From a virus (Duplodnaviria > Caudoviricetes): a stretch of DNA of 64,000 bases. The translations under genes were made by a program, and so were the position numbers. Positions 19,904 through 28,576 of this stretch are shown in pieces. The stretch's first letter is position 1. Each line of letters begins with the position of its first letter. The notes beneath the pieces are model-generated. The model ran no database searches. It was not told the DNA's origin and was given only the letters and a program-made list of their open reading frames with translations. The DNA is taken from IMG/VR virus record IMGVR_UViG_3300049144_000095, positions 32,001 to 96,000 of that record, one strand, 5' to 3'.

Positions 19904-20221
19904 ATGAAGAACGAGAACCTGCGGCTCACCAAGACGACGATTGCGGTACTTCAACAACTCTTGGCCGCCACGGACGAACACCCTGCATACGGATCCGAAA
20001 TTGCATACCGTGCAGACCTTGAAGTGAGCACTGTTTCATACATCTTGAAACGCCTTCGCGAAATCGGGTGGGCCGAGGGGTGGCACGAGGACGACGGTTT
20101 GCACATTCCGGGTCCCGGACGTTACTACCACGAATTGACTCCTGTTGGATACGAGAATGCCGTGAAAGCCCTACTCGCTCGTGACAGGCGTCGCCGCGAA
20201 CAGTTCCGGAGATTTTACTGA
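19904..20221 (+). CDS. PadR-like transcriptional regulator
   Basis: YGSEIAYRADLEVSTVSYILKRLREIGWAEG...RYYHELTPVG. Confidence 0.8.
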   Translation: MKNENLRLTKTTIAVLQQLLAATDEHPAYGSEIAYRADLEVSTVSYILKRLREIGWAEGWHEDDGLHIPGPGRYYHELTPVGYENAVKALLARDRRRREQFRRFY

Positions 20222-20298
20222 TTCACCACCTCGGCGCTTTCACGGAAGCGCTGGCCGGTGGAATCTTGTACGGATTCAGCAAATACGGAGGCCCCATC

Positions 20299-20847
20299 GT
20301 GAATGCCGATGAACTGACCAGCCTCGGCGAACACCTGCACGGGCTGCTTCGGGCGGCCCAACCGGACGCCGCCTCTCGACTCAGTACCGACACGCTGGAG
20401 CGGGTCGCGGAAGACTTCCTGACGGAGGCTGCCGCGCAGGAGTGGCTTGCTTCCCAGATGGAGAAGACCCGGCTCCGATCTCTGGAGTACGCCAACGGCG
20501 CGGCCATGGAGCTGAGGCCAGCCGAAGAAACTGCCGCCATGTGGGTAGGTATCTGCCGGGGCCTGCTGCAAAATGCTCCCAATTACAGCGAGACCCAAGT
20601 GGGCCTGGACGGAAAGATCGTAATGGAGACCCGCCTGTCGGGGTCATCTGAAATCTTCACCGTCACCGTGCAGAGGCACGGGCCGGAAAAACTCACCCCC
20701 CATGAAGCCCGCGTCAAGGCGGAGAACGCAATCTTTGCCGTATGGCGGTGGATCGAAAATGCCAACGACGGGCACGGGTCAGATATAGGCGACCTGATGT
20801 CGGTGCTGGAGCGACGCGGCTTCCCTGCCCCGGCCGACGGTGAGTGA
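20299..20847 (+). CDS. Hypothetical protein
   Basis: ORF track 20266..20847; GGAGG precedes the GTG at 20299. Confidence 0.65.
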   Translation: MNADELTSLGEHLHGLLRAAQPDAASRLSTDTLERVAEDFLTEAAAQEWLASQMEKTRLRSLEYANGAAMELRPAEETAAMWVGICRGLLQNAPNYSETQVGLDGKIVMETRLSGSSEIFTVTVQRHGPEKLTPHEARVKAENAIFAVWRWIENANDGHGSDIGDLMSVLERRGFPAPADGE

Positions 20848-20905
20848 ATATGCGGACCCTTCGGCAGACGGAAAAGATCACAACAACGCGTGAGGGTGGG
20901 CGTGG

Positions 20906-21157
20906 GTGAAGAAGACAGGCGTGGCACTGCTGGCGGAGAACGACCAACTCCGAATGGCCATAGCTGATGCTCTGAGTCGCCTGGACGGGGGCGCCCTGTC
21001 TGTGAAATGCGTTTCGTGCGGCGCGAGGCCGAGACTGTCCTGCTGCGACGATGACCCCCTGCCGTTCCCGCATGCGGCCCGAGTGAAGCAGGCGACAGAC
21101 GCCTTGCGGCAGGTGCTCGTGGATGCCCTCAAGGAGTCGGGGCCGATTCGTCAGTGA
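20906..21157 (+). CDS. Hypothetical protein
   Basis: 83 aa with CVSC...CC motif; co-oriented within the island. Confidence 0.55.
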   Translation: MKKTGVALLAENDQLRMAIADALSRLDGGALSVKCVSCGARPRLSCCDDDPLPFPHAARVKQATDALRQVLVDALKESGPIRQ

Positions 21158-21485
21158 CACCTCGGGCCGGACCGTCACCTGGCGGGGGGTCGATGGGTTC
21201 CGCTCTGCCGAAGGCGTCCGGCCACCAGCGGCTTCGCCGCAGATCGCTGAACCGGCCGTCTCTTCCCGAAGGGGGAAACTCGACAACTTACTGAAAATAG
21301 AACACGGTTGAGAATCAACAGCGGGATCGGATGCTCCTTCGGGTGACTCCGGTCCCGTCTGTCTTTCCAGAATCTTCAGGAGGATGGTTTCTCTTTCGTG
21401 TCCCAACCTGAAAGACTCACCTCCGGCGAGGGTCCGGCCGCCATGAAGCGGCGGCACTGGCTGGCGAGAAAGTCCGGCGGAAAGG

Positions 21486-21890
21486 TTGGCGGGGATGGCG
21501 CGAAAGCAGAACGTCTTGGGCCTCCTGCTGAGAGCTGGATCACTCCTCTTCGTGGCTCTCGTCATGGCCTTCAGCCCGTACTGGCCAGTGTCCTTCGTCT
21601 TCTTCTACTCCGCCGTCCTCATGCTTGGGCGGTTCAAGTATGAGGACGGCAGGAGAAGGCGCCGCAATGCTGAGCAGCAGTGGTGGGCCCGCCAGAAACG
21701 CGGCATCGTGCAGCCGCCGCTCGAACCCTGCTGCCTGCGTCACGACGACACGGGCTTCCTTCACGACCTGCTCTGCACGCGCGACCGCAGCGGCGAGGTG
21801 CCGACAGGGCCGGGGGGTTTCAGCGTGGACTGGGACCGGCTGGCGGCTGTGGAGCTGGGCAACCCGGATTCTGGAGAGGGCATTCAGTGA
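21486..21890 (+). CDS. Putative membrane protein
   Basis: Two N-terminal hydrophobic segments followed by a basic stretch. Confidence 0.6.
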   Translation: MAGMARKQNVLGLLLRAGSLLFVALVMAFSPYWPVSFVFFYSAVLMLGRFKYEDGRRRRRNAEQQWWARQKRGIVQPPLEPCCLRHDDTGFLHDLLCTRDRSGEVPTGPGGFSVDWDRLAAVELGNPDSGEGIQ

Positions 21891-22249
21891 GTCTGCAACG
21901 CACCATGGACGATCCGCTGGCAGAGATAGCGCGCCTTCGGGACGGCGAAGAAGACGGCTGGACCGAAGCGGCCTGGCCGAGGCCGGGCCAGTACCTGAAG
22001 AGGCTGCACGAGCTGGACTCCGAGCAGCGCATTCAGAGCCTGGCGAACCTGCTCGGGGCTGCTGAAGCAGCCCATGCGTGTCTCGTGGGCATGCACCAGG
22101 AGAACCTTCAGGAGCTGCGTCAGCGCGCCATGAATTCCTGGTCCGCGCTCACCAGGATCGCCGGGCTGTGCCGGGACCCCGAGAGGGACGGCTTGATCCA
22201 TGTGAGCGAGATCGTCGAGCTTCTTCCCCCTGCTCTCCGGTACGGATGA
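21887..22249 (+). CDS. Hypothetical protein
   Basis: GTGA coupling with the previous ORF; helical 120-aa product. Confidence 0.6.
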   Translation: MSLQRTMDDPLAEIARLRDGEEDGWTEAAWPRPGQYLKRLHELDSEQRIQSLANLLGAAEAAHACLVGMHQENLQELRQRAMNSWSALTRIAGLCRDPERDGLIHVSEIVELLPPALRYG

Positions 22250-22297
22250 GTCCGGCCGGTCAGTGAAGTTCGACTGAAGCAGACGGAAGGGGAAACC

Positions 22298-22750
22298 ATG
22301 GGAGACGTGCGCGACCCGGAGCGCGACCAGCCGCTGCCCAAGCCCGGAGGGCTGCCCGTTCAGGAGATCATGATCGGCGTCATCAGGGAGCGGCGCGAGT
22401 ACGGCAAACGCAAGTACGGCCGCCCGCTGGAGACGCACAACGGACGCGATGCCCTGAAGGACGCCTGGGAAGAAGCGCTGGATCTGTTCACCTACCTCAC
22501 ACAGCTCCGGCTGGAGCGCGGTGACGTCCTGCCGGGCATGAGCGGGACCGAGGAGGTGGAGCAGGGTGCCTCTGTGCGCACCTCCGTGCGGCAGAAGGAC
22601 CCGCTGGCGGAGCTGATACCGCACAAGTGTCTCCGCTGCGGGCACCGGCCGCATTTGCCTGGTCAGTGCCTGGGTGAAGCTCCGTCGGGGCTCGCCAACT
22701 GCCAGTGCGGCGCCGAGGCCCTGGTCGAGCGAGTACTCGGCACGCTTTAG
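22298..22750 (+). CDS. MazG-like nucleotide pyrophosphohydrolase-fold protein
   Basis: KRKYGRPLETHNGRDALKDAWEEALDLFTYL (EExxD) plus a C-terminal Cys/His cluster. Confidence 0.55.
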   Translation: MGDVRDPERDQPLPKPGGLPVQEIMIGVIRERREYGKRKYGRPLETHNGRDALKDAWEEALDLFTYLTQLRLERGDVLPGMSGTEEVEQGASVRTSVRQKDPLAELIPHKCLRCGHRPHLPGQCLGEAPSGLANCQCGAEALVERVLGTL

Positions 22751-22772
22751 CGAACAGGCCCGGAAAACCCGG

Positions 22773-22797
22773 GAGCCCCCGCCAGAGGCAGGGGCTC
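22773..22797 (+). terminator. Hairpin terminator closing the plus-strand island
   Basis: GAGCCCC-CGCCAGAGGCA-GGGGCTC followed by TTC. Confidence 0.55.
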
Positions 22798-23007
22798 TTC
22801 GGAAAGGAGAAGAAACGCAACTGGGCCGACTAGAGCGACACAGACGTCCCTACTCACGGACGGGGAGGGTGAGTCCCACGCCACGTCCAAGAATGTACCC
22901 CATGGCGGGGATTGATGCCAACCGTTAGCGGTGGAGTCCAGGAGTGGCACGCTGTGCCAACAACCGATCTTCCCTTTGTGCTCCAGTCCGTAGCGCAGGA
23001 GTGAACG

Positions 23008-23046
23008 CACGAAGACCCCCCGCCTGCATGTCGGGGGGTCTTCGTG
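23008..23046 (-). terminator. Hairpin terminator downstream of the major capsid gene
   Basis: 15-bp perfect stem CACGAAGACCCCCCG/CGGGGGGTCTTCGTG with a 9-nt loop. Confidence 0.75.
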
Positions 23047-23123
23047 TTGCCCGGCAGGGACGGAAGCCGGGCAGGGGCGGTCGAGATCTATCCCGGGTCA
23101 CCCGCCGCCCGGCTTGTCAGCGG

Positions 23124-24440
23124 TCAGGAGCCCGCCGGGCCCGAGACCTTCGGGCCGCTGGTGATCGAGGCCATCCGGACCGAGTTGTCCTGACCCGTAC
23201 CCAGCGACACCGCCACCGCCGACGCGTCGATACCGGCGGCGCCGATGATCGAACGCACGCGGTACTGGATGTCGTCGTGGCTGAACGAACCCTCGAAGGC
23301 GCTGATGTCGCCGCCGCCGAGCGCACGGCCCGTGTCGCCCATGACCCGCACCTCGGGGGTCTCGTGACCACGCAGGAACGCCGTCACGATCGCCGGACCA
23401 CGGTCGGTCTGGCCACCGGCCGGAACCAGGTACCAGGTCGTCGCGGCGTTGACCGAGTTGTCGATGAGCGGCAGCCAGGGGCTCTCGACCACCGTGAAGC
23501 GACCGGCGATCGGCGAAGAGACGTTCTGGCGGATCTCGGAACCGTCGGCCGCCGTGCGCACCCGCAGGTACGTGGTGCCCTGCGCGATCTCCTGCGCGGT
23601 GAGCGCGAGGGACGGCGGAACGAGCAGCACGAAGTTCTGCACGCGGACCTGTCGGCCCGCGACGGTGCGCATGCCGATGTAGTTGATCGCGTGCTCCAGC
23701 GCGTCGAGCGTCAGAGCGGGGTTGCCGGGGACGAAGTTGCCCTCGGGGGCGTGGCCGCCGAAGTCCTCGGTCGTGTTGAAGAAGTCGGGGTTCGGGCCGC
23801 TGGACGTGGCGAGGACACCCGTGGTCAGGACGTCCTCGGTGTCGCGGGCCCACCGCGCCATCTCCGTCGGGAGCTGCGAGAGGACCCGCAGCTCGTCGTT
23901 CATGAAGGCTTCCCACGAGAAGGGGAACCGGGCGCCGTACTTGTTGACGAAGTAGTCCGAACCCTCGGTGGTGAGGTTGAAGGTCGGGTACTCCGTCAGC
24001 TCCGGGATGCGGGGCAGGGCCCGGACGTGGCGCTCGGCGCCGCCGTTGTAGTCGGTCGTCTGCGACTGACCGGCGACCGCGTCCCAGCGGACCATGCGTG
24101 CGGGCCGGAAGTCGGGCACCGTGGTGCGCACGGAGAACGTCGGCCACTGCTGCGGCAGCTCGGCGTACTGACCGAGCATCGACGCCTGGCTGATCGACTG
24201 GAACAGCAGGGGGAAGTCGCCGGACGAGACGGCTTCACGCAGTCGGCCCATCGCGACCGGGGAACCGGTCTCGGCCTCACGCTTGAGGCGCAGGAACTCG
24301 ACGGCACGGGCCATCTTCACCAGACGGGCGTCGGCGCTCTCGCGGAGTGCGGCGCGGCGTCGACCGTGAGCCTCGGCGATCCGAGCGAACTCAGGGTTCG
24401 TGGTCGCCTTGATTCCGTCGAGGAGGTTCAGGGCAGTCAT
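23124..24440 (-). CDS. Major capsid protein (HK97 fold)
   Basis: 438 aa after the decoration gene; SSGDFPLLF...VPDFRP...KYGARFPFSWEAFMNDEL...LLVPPSL pattern. Confidence 0.92.
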   Translation of the reverse strand: MTALNLLDGIKATTNPEFARIAEAHGRRRAALRESADARLVKMARAVEFLRLKREAETGSPVAMGRLREAVSSGDFPLLFQSISQASMLGQYAELPQQWPTFSVRTTVPDFRPARMVRWDAVAGQSQTTDYNGGAERHVRALPRIPELTEYPTFNLTTEGSDYFVNKYGARFPFSWEAFMNDELRVLSQLPTEMARWARDTEDVLTTGVLATSSGPNPDFFNTTEDFGGHAPEGNFVPGNPALTLDALEHAINYIGMRTVAGRQVRVQNFVLLVPPSLALTAQEIAQGTTYLRVRTAADGSEIRQNVSSPIAGRFTVVESPWLPLIDNSVNAATTWYLVPAGGQTDRGPAIVTAFLRGHETPEVRVMGDTGRALGGGDISAFEGSFSHDDIQYRVRSIIGAAGIDASAVAVSLGTGQDNSVRMASITSGPKVSGPAGS

Positions 24441-24457
24441 GACTCAGGAGCCTCCTT

Positions 24458-24943
24458 TCAGGATCCGGAAGCGGTCTTGTCGGGGACCGCGTTGGTGTCG
24501 CCCGGGGTGGGCTGGACCACCTTGACGATCGGAACGCCGTCGGTCGTCTGGCCGACGATCGTGCCGAAGGGGTCCGAGTTCGACGCGGTGGTCAGAGTGG
24601 CGCGGGTGTTGCCCGAGGCCGCCACGATGAACACGGGGGTGCCGCTGCCCTTGGTGGTGGGGTCCCAGCCGGTGACCGGGAAGGCGAAGCAGCCTTCCAG
24701 GGCGACCGAGGCCCAGCCGGGCGCGAGCGAGTTCGCCGGGTTGCGGGTCTGGGTGACCGTGGTGTCGCCGATGGTGTAGGAGACGGACTTGCCGCCGACC
24801 TCCTGCGCGAAGCCGACGATCGAGCCGATCTTCACCGGGTCACCGGCGAGGGTCGGGTCGTCGTTCTTGTGCGGGTCGTTGCCCCGCAGCGGCAGCGGGA
24901 GGGAGACCCACTGGCCGTACTTGAAGATCTCGTTCTTGGCCAT
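24458..24943 (-). CDS. Capsid decoration/cement protein (DUF2190-like)
   Basis: GDPVKIGSIVGFA...ASVALEGCFAF...GTPVFI...FGTIV; lies between scaffold and capsid genes. Confidence 0.8.
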   Translation of the reverse strand: MAKNEIFKYGQWVSLPLPLRGNDPHKNDDPTLAGDPVKIGSIVGFAQEVGGKSVSYTIGDTTVTQTRNPANSLAPGWASVALEGCFAFPVTGWDPTTKGSGTPVFIVAASGNTRATLTTASNSDPFGTIVGQTTDGVPIVKVVQPTPGDTNAVPDKTASGS

Positions 24944-26025
24944 CAGTAGGTCCCTCCCGACAGGAGGTCGCGGATCTCGTTGAGGTCGCTGTCGGACGCG
25001 GACGAGCTGCTGTAGGACGCCGACGCCGACTCGGTGAGGCCGAGGTTCGAGGACTGGTGCTCCAGGCCGGACCGCTCGGTCTCGCGCAGGAGCTTCTTCA
25101 GGTACTCGCGCTCGTGGTTGATCGACTCGTGCAGGTCCTGGTCCGGACGGTAGGACTGCGCGAGGCGGATCATCGAGGGAAGGGGGAGCTTCGCCTCAAG
25201 CAGCTCGGTGAGAACGTCACCGGTGCTCTTCGACTCCTTGAGCGCCTTGTCGGCGGCCTCGGCGCGGTCACGCAGGTACGTGATCGCCTCGGCGAGCTTC
25301 TGGTTCTCGCGAGCCTGCTTCGCGGACTCGCTCTGCGCCTCCCGGAGCGCCTGCGCCATGCGGGCCACGTCGACCGAAACCTGGTCGAGGTTTTCCTTGA
25401 CGCTCTCCTTGAGGGCGGCGACCTCGTTGCGCAGGTCACCCGACCCCAGGGTAGAGGGAATCGTGGTGGGGGCAGATCCCGCGCTGGGGACTGCTGCGGT
25501 CTGCTCTACCGGAGGGGACTCCGGCGCGGCCGACTCGGTCATAGTGACGAGCCTTCCTCCCGCTCCAGCGCGGGTGACGAGGTCAACGGAAAGGCCCTCG
25601 GAGATCTGGCGGACTATTCGCCCCGAGGGAGTCTCTTCGATCTGGCCAGCAGCTCGGATCGAGAGCCCGATGACTTTGTTGAGTTCCTGTACCAGGGACT
25701 TGGCGTTCTCGGTGAACTGGACGCGCGAGAAAAGACCTCGCCCGTCCTTTCCGTCCTCGAACGTAGCGTCGTCGAGCAGGTAGCCAGCCAGGTCCCGGAC
25801 ACTGCGCTCCGGACGCTCTTCCTCTTCGGTCTCCGTGGGGTGATCGAAGTAGATGTGCGTTCCGGCGGGAAAGGCCGTGGCCCCGTCACGGATCAGGACA
25901 TCAGCCGGGTAGTAACCGCTGCTGCCCTGGATGTCAGCTTCGATGAGGCATACGCGCCAGATACCTTTGCCGGACGACGGGTCCGGCGTAAGGGTTGCGG
26001 ATTCCCGCAGCGTCTCCTGGTTCAT
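24943..26025 (-). CDS. Capsid maturation protease-scaffold fusion
   Basis: GSSGYYPADVL...IYFDHP...SVRDLAG...GLSIRA...SVDLVTRAGAGG protease motifs followed by a coiled-coil C-terminal half. Confidence 0.88.
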   Translation of the reverse strand: MNQETLRESATLTPDPSSGKGIWRVCLIEADIQGSSGYYPADVLIRDGATAFPAGTHIYFDHPTETEEEERPERSVRDLAGYLLDDATFEDGKDGRGLFSRVQFTENAKSLVQELNKVIGLSIRAAGQIEETPSGRIVRQISEGLSVDLVTRAGAGGRLVTMTESAAPESPPVEQTAAVPSAGSAPTTIPSTLGSGDLRNEVAALKESVKENLDQVSVDVARMAQALREAQSESAKQARENQKLAEAITYLRDRAEAADKALKESKSTGDVLTELLEAKLPLPSMIRLAQSYRPDQDLHESINHEREYLKKLLRETERSGLEHQSSNLGLTESASASYSSSSASDSDLNEIRDLLSGGTY

Positions 26026-26097
26026 ACGCCCCCTCGCTGATCAACGACGAGGCACACACTAATAGCACTGGGGGGCAAATGTCCCAACCGAAGTGCA

Positions 26098-27828
26098 TTA
26101 ACTTCCTTCGTCTCGCAGTTCGTGGTCTGCGTAGGACATGGGGTCCGGCTGCTTCGGGGCCGCAGTTGCACGCGAGTTTCCCGCCTTGAGCGGGGATGGT
26201 GCACCGGGTCCACCCGTGCCAGCGGGAGGAGTATTCCTCGAATTACTGCCTGATTGATCGGAGTTTGGCTTCGAATCAACCTTGGGGATTCCCTGGCCTG
26301 TTCCTCCCGCCACATAGGGAAGCTGGTCGAGCGTCGGAGCCTTCCTGCCGAAATCCTTCCACTTGTCGTGGAAGGCGTCGAGGGCCATCGCCCTCGCCTC
26401 TTCCGCCGAGACGAGCCCCAGGCGGATCAACATGTCGAGAGCCTGCATGCGCCGGTGCACCGGCTCCTCGGAAATCTCCGGCCACCGCAGCCGGACCTTG
26501 AGACCCAGCACCTTGAAGATCTGACGGAACGTCTCGTCCATCACCTTCTGGCGGGACTGCATCACGAGAATCGTCGACTGGTCGAGCGACGTGGCGCCCG
26601 CATTGTTGGCGATCGACGGGTCCTCCAGAAGCGCAGGCAGGGGCACATCCAGAGCGGAGGCCACCATCGATGCCAGGGGTCGGCCCGATTCAAAGTCGAC
26701 CTTGGTGTTGCCGCCTACCGCCGACAGATCCTGCCCCGCTCCAAGGACTGCCGAGGCCCCCACGTTCAGAGGCTGCCCTGTCGCCGGATCCACGCGGGGG
26801 GCTTGCGCCATGGCGGCAGCCGTACGGCGGACCGACCGCGACTTGTCGGAGGTGACCTTCCAGGCGAAGCGTGCGTACGCCTTCGTCAGCGTCGCGCAGT
26901 TTTCCAGGAACTCCTTGTACGCCTTGGTCCACCAGACTGCCGGAAGCACGTCGGGGATGCCCCAGCGCCAGCCCGTCAGCCGGTTGAACGGAACGTGGAC
27001 CAGAACCTTCGAGTTGTCGACAGGGTCTCCCGCGATGGTCCCCGCCCCCCGGCCCCTGCCCATGGCCCTCAGTCCGGCGGGCGTCGGGTACCAGACGTCC
27101 CGGAATGAGAACTTGGCGGCCCCGCCCGAATCGCCTTCGCGGTCGGCGCGGATCCAGCTCCGGCCCCTGGCGACCGCTTTGGGTGCCGTGATGGGGTTCA
27201 GCTCGATGTCGGCGCCGAAGTCCAGTTCGAGATCCCAGTCGTTCCAGGTGCGGCGGATGTACATCAGGCGCTCCCTGTTGCCGCGCTGAGACACCCCTTC
27301 GGTTATCTCCTCGAAGGGGATTCGCTGCACCTCCTTGGATCGGCGGTCAACCAGAAAGAAGAGATTCCCGTCGGTTCCGGCGGTGCGTTCCAGTTCGAGC
27401 TGTGCCAGCGGACCTGTCAGAACTTCCGCGATTCCCTCGGGAAGTTCCGGCTCTACGTTCACAGTTCGTGGGCGGCCGGGCCCCTGGATGAATTCCTCGG
27501 GAACCACTGAAACGCCGGATCCCCAGATGTACCCGGTTCGTACTCGCAGGCCGCGACCCACGAGGGGATTGACGGTCGCCACGGCGCGGCACAGCTCGCT
27601 GGCGTTATGCAGAGCGTCCAGGGTGAAGGTGTTCGCCCCCTCGGTGGGGCCCATCAAAGGGCGCCACCCGATGTCTTCCAGGGCGAGTTGCACGCGGCCG
27701 AACTCGCCTGCCTCGCGCATCTCTTCCGTGACAAGTCCCGTAAGTTCCTCGTTGCGGGCTTCGAGATTCGCCACGAGCGTCTGGATTTCCGTCAGCGACA
27801 GCTCTTCGACGGGCCTCTTCATCTGCAT
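26098..27828 (-). CDS. Portal protein
   Basis: 576 aa between TerL and protease; VATVNPLVGRGLRVRTGYIWGSG and DGNLFF motifs; TAAGGT 6 nt before the ATG suggests a leaderless start. Confidence 0.9.
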   Translation of the reverse strand: MQMKRPVEELSLTEIQTLVANLEARNEELTGLVTEEMREAGEFGRVQLALEDIGWRPLMGPTEGANTFTLDALHNASELCRAVATVNPLVGRGLRVRTGYIWGSGVSVVPEEFIQGPGRPRTVNVEPELPEGIAEVLTGPLAQLELERTAGTDGNLFFLVDRRSKEVQRIPFEEITEGVSQRGNRERLMYIRRTWNDWDLELDFGADIELNPITAPKAVARGRSWIRADREGDSGGAAKFSFRDVWYPTPAGLRAMGRGRGAGTIAGDPVDNSKVLVHVPFNRLTGWRWGIPDVLPAVWWTKAYKEFLENCATLTKAYARFAWKVTSDKSRSVRRTAAAMAQAPRVDPATGQPLNVGASAVLGAGQDLSAVGGNTKVDFESGRPLASMVASALDVPLPALLEDPSIANNAGATSLDQSTILVMQSRQKVMDETFRQIFKVLGLKVRLRWPEISEEPVHRRMQALDMLIRLGLVSAEEARAMALDAFHDKWKDFGRKAPTLDQLPYVAGGTGQGIPKVDSKPNSDQSGSNSRNTPPAGTGGPGAPSPLKAGNSRATAAPKQPDPMSYADHELRDEGS

Positions 27829-27879
27829 GAGATCACCTTAACGGTGTATTTGGCGCAGTGAAGAGACCCTTCTACGGGT

Positions 27880-28086
27880 TCATCGGGGCGGTTGCTCCTC
27901 TTTTTCTGTCAGCGGCATGGCGTCGTCGCACGAGTCGGCGAGCTTTTTGAGTGCCCCGTCCCGCAACGGAGAGGGCTTGGAGCGCATCAGATGCAGAGCC
28001 AGGTGTACGTAGAGGCGGCCCAGCTCTCCGCCGTCCTGGGCTCTGAGCCTGATGCGGCGGAGAGCCGCCTCGGACCTGTCGTACAC
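27880..28086 (-). CDS. Small hypothetical protein
   Basis: GAGGAGG RBS before the GTG at 28086. Confidence 0.5.
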   Translation of the reverse strand: MYDRSEAALRRIRLRAQDGGELGRLYVHLALHLMRSKPSPLRDGALKKLADSCDDAMPLTEKEEQPPR

Positions 28087-28096
28087 ACCGGCCTCC

Positions 28097-28537
28097 TCAG
28101 GGGGATCCGACCGCCATGAAGTAGGGCAGCCGGTAGAAGTAGCCGGGTGTGGCGAGGCGCATGGTGTTGTCGTTGTAGAGGTCGACGAAGCGCTGCATCT
28201 GGGCTTCACTCAGGTGCTGGTAGTAGAATTTGGCGCGGCCGTTCCTGATGGGCGGCAACGGTTCCCCTGGGCGGGCAGTCTGTTCAGGCAGGTCGAGAAC
28301 TTCGTGCAGGTATGCCTTGTAGTCCTTGTCGGTCGGTTCGACGGCCCAGCCTTCCGATATCAGCGCCAGGAACGTCTCGGGGTGGAGTGACCCGCAGAAC
28401 GAACAGCAGGGGCCCGGATCTGATCCGTGCGCCTCTCCGGTGTTCCGGTCGGCGTCGCGCCAGGTGTCCAGGTTCTCCGAGTGCTCCCAGGGGCCCGCTT
28501 CCTGCATGCGTCGCGGGCAGGTCTGTGTATCCGGCAT
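28097..28537 (-). CDS. Hypothetical phage protein
   Basis: 146 aa; CSFCGSLHP...PTDKDYKAY...KFYYQHL; GGAGG RBS. Confidence 0.7.
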   Translation of the reverse strand: MPDTQTCPRRMQEAGPWEHSENLDTWRDADRNTGEAHGSDPGPCCSFCGSLHPETFLALISEGWAVEPTDKDYKAYLHEVLDLPEQTARPGEPLPPIRNGRAKFYYQHLSEAQMQRFVDLYNDNTMRLATPGYFYRLPYFMAVGSP

Positions 28538-28576
28538 GGCTTTCCTCCTTGGGTTCTGCGGCGCGTTGGGCGTGGA

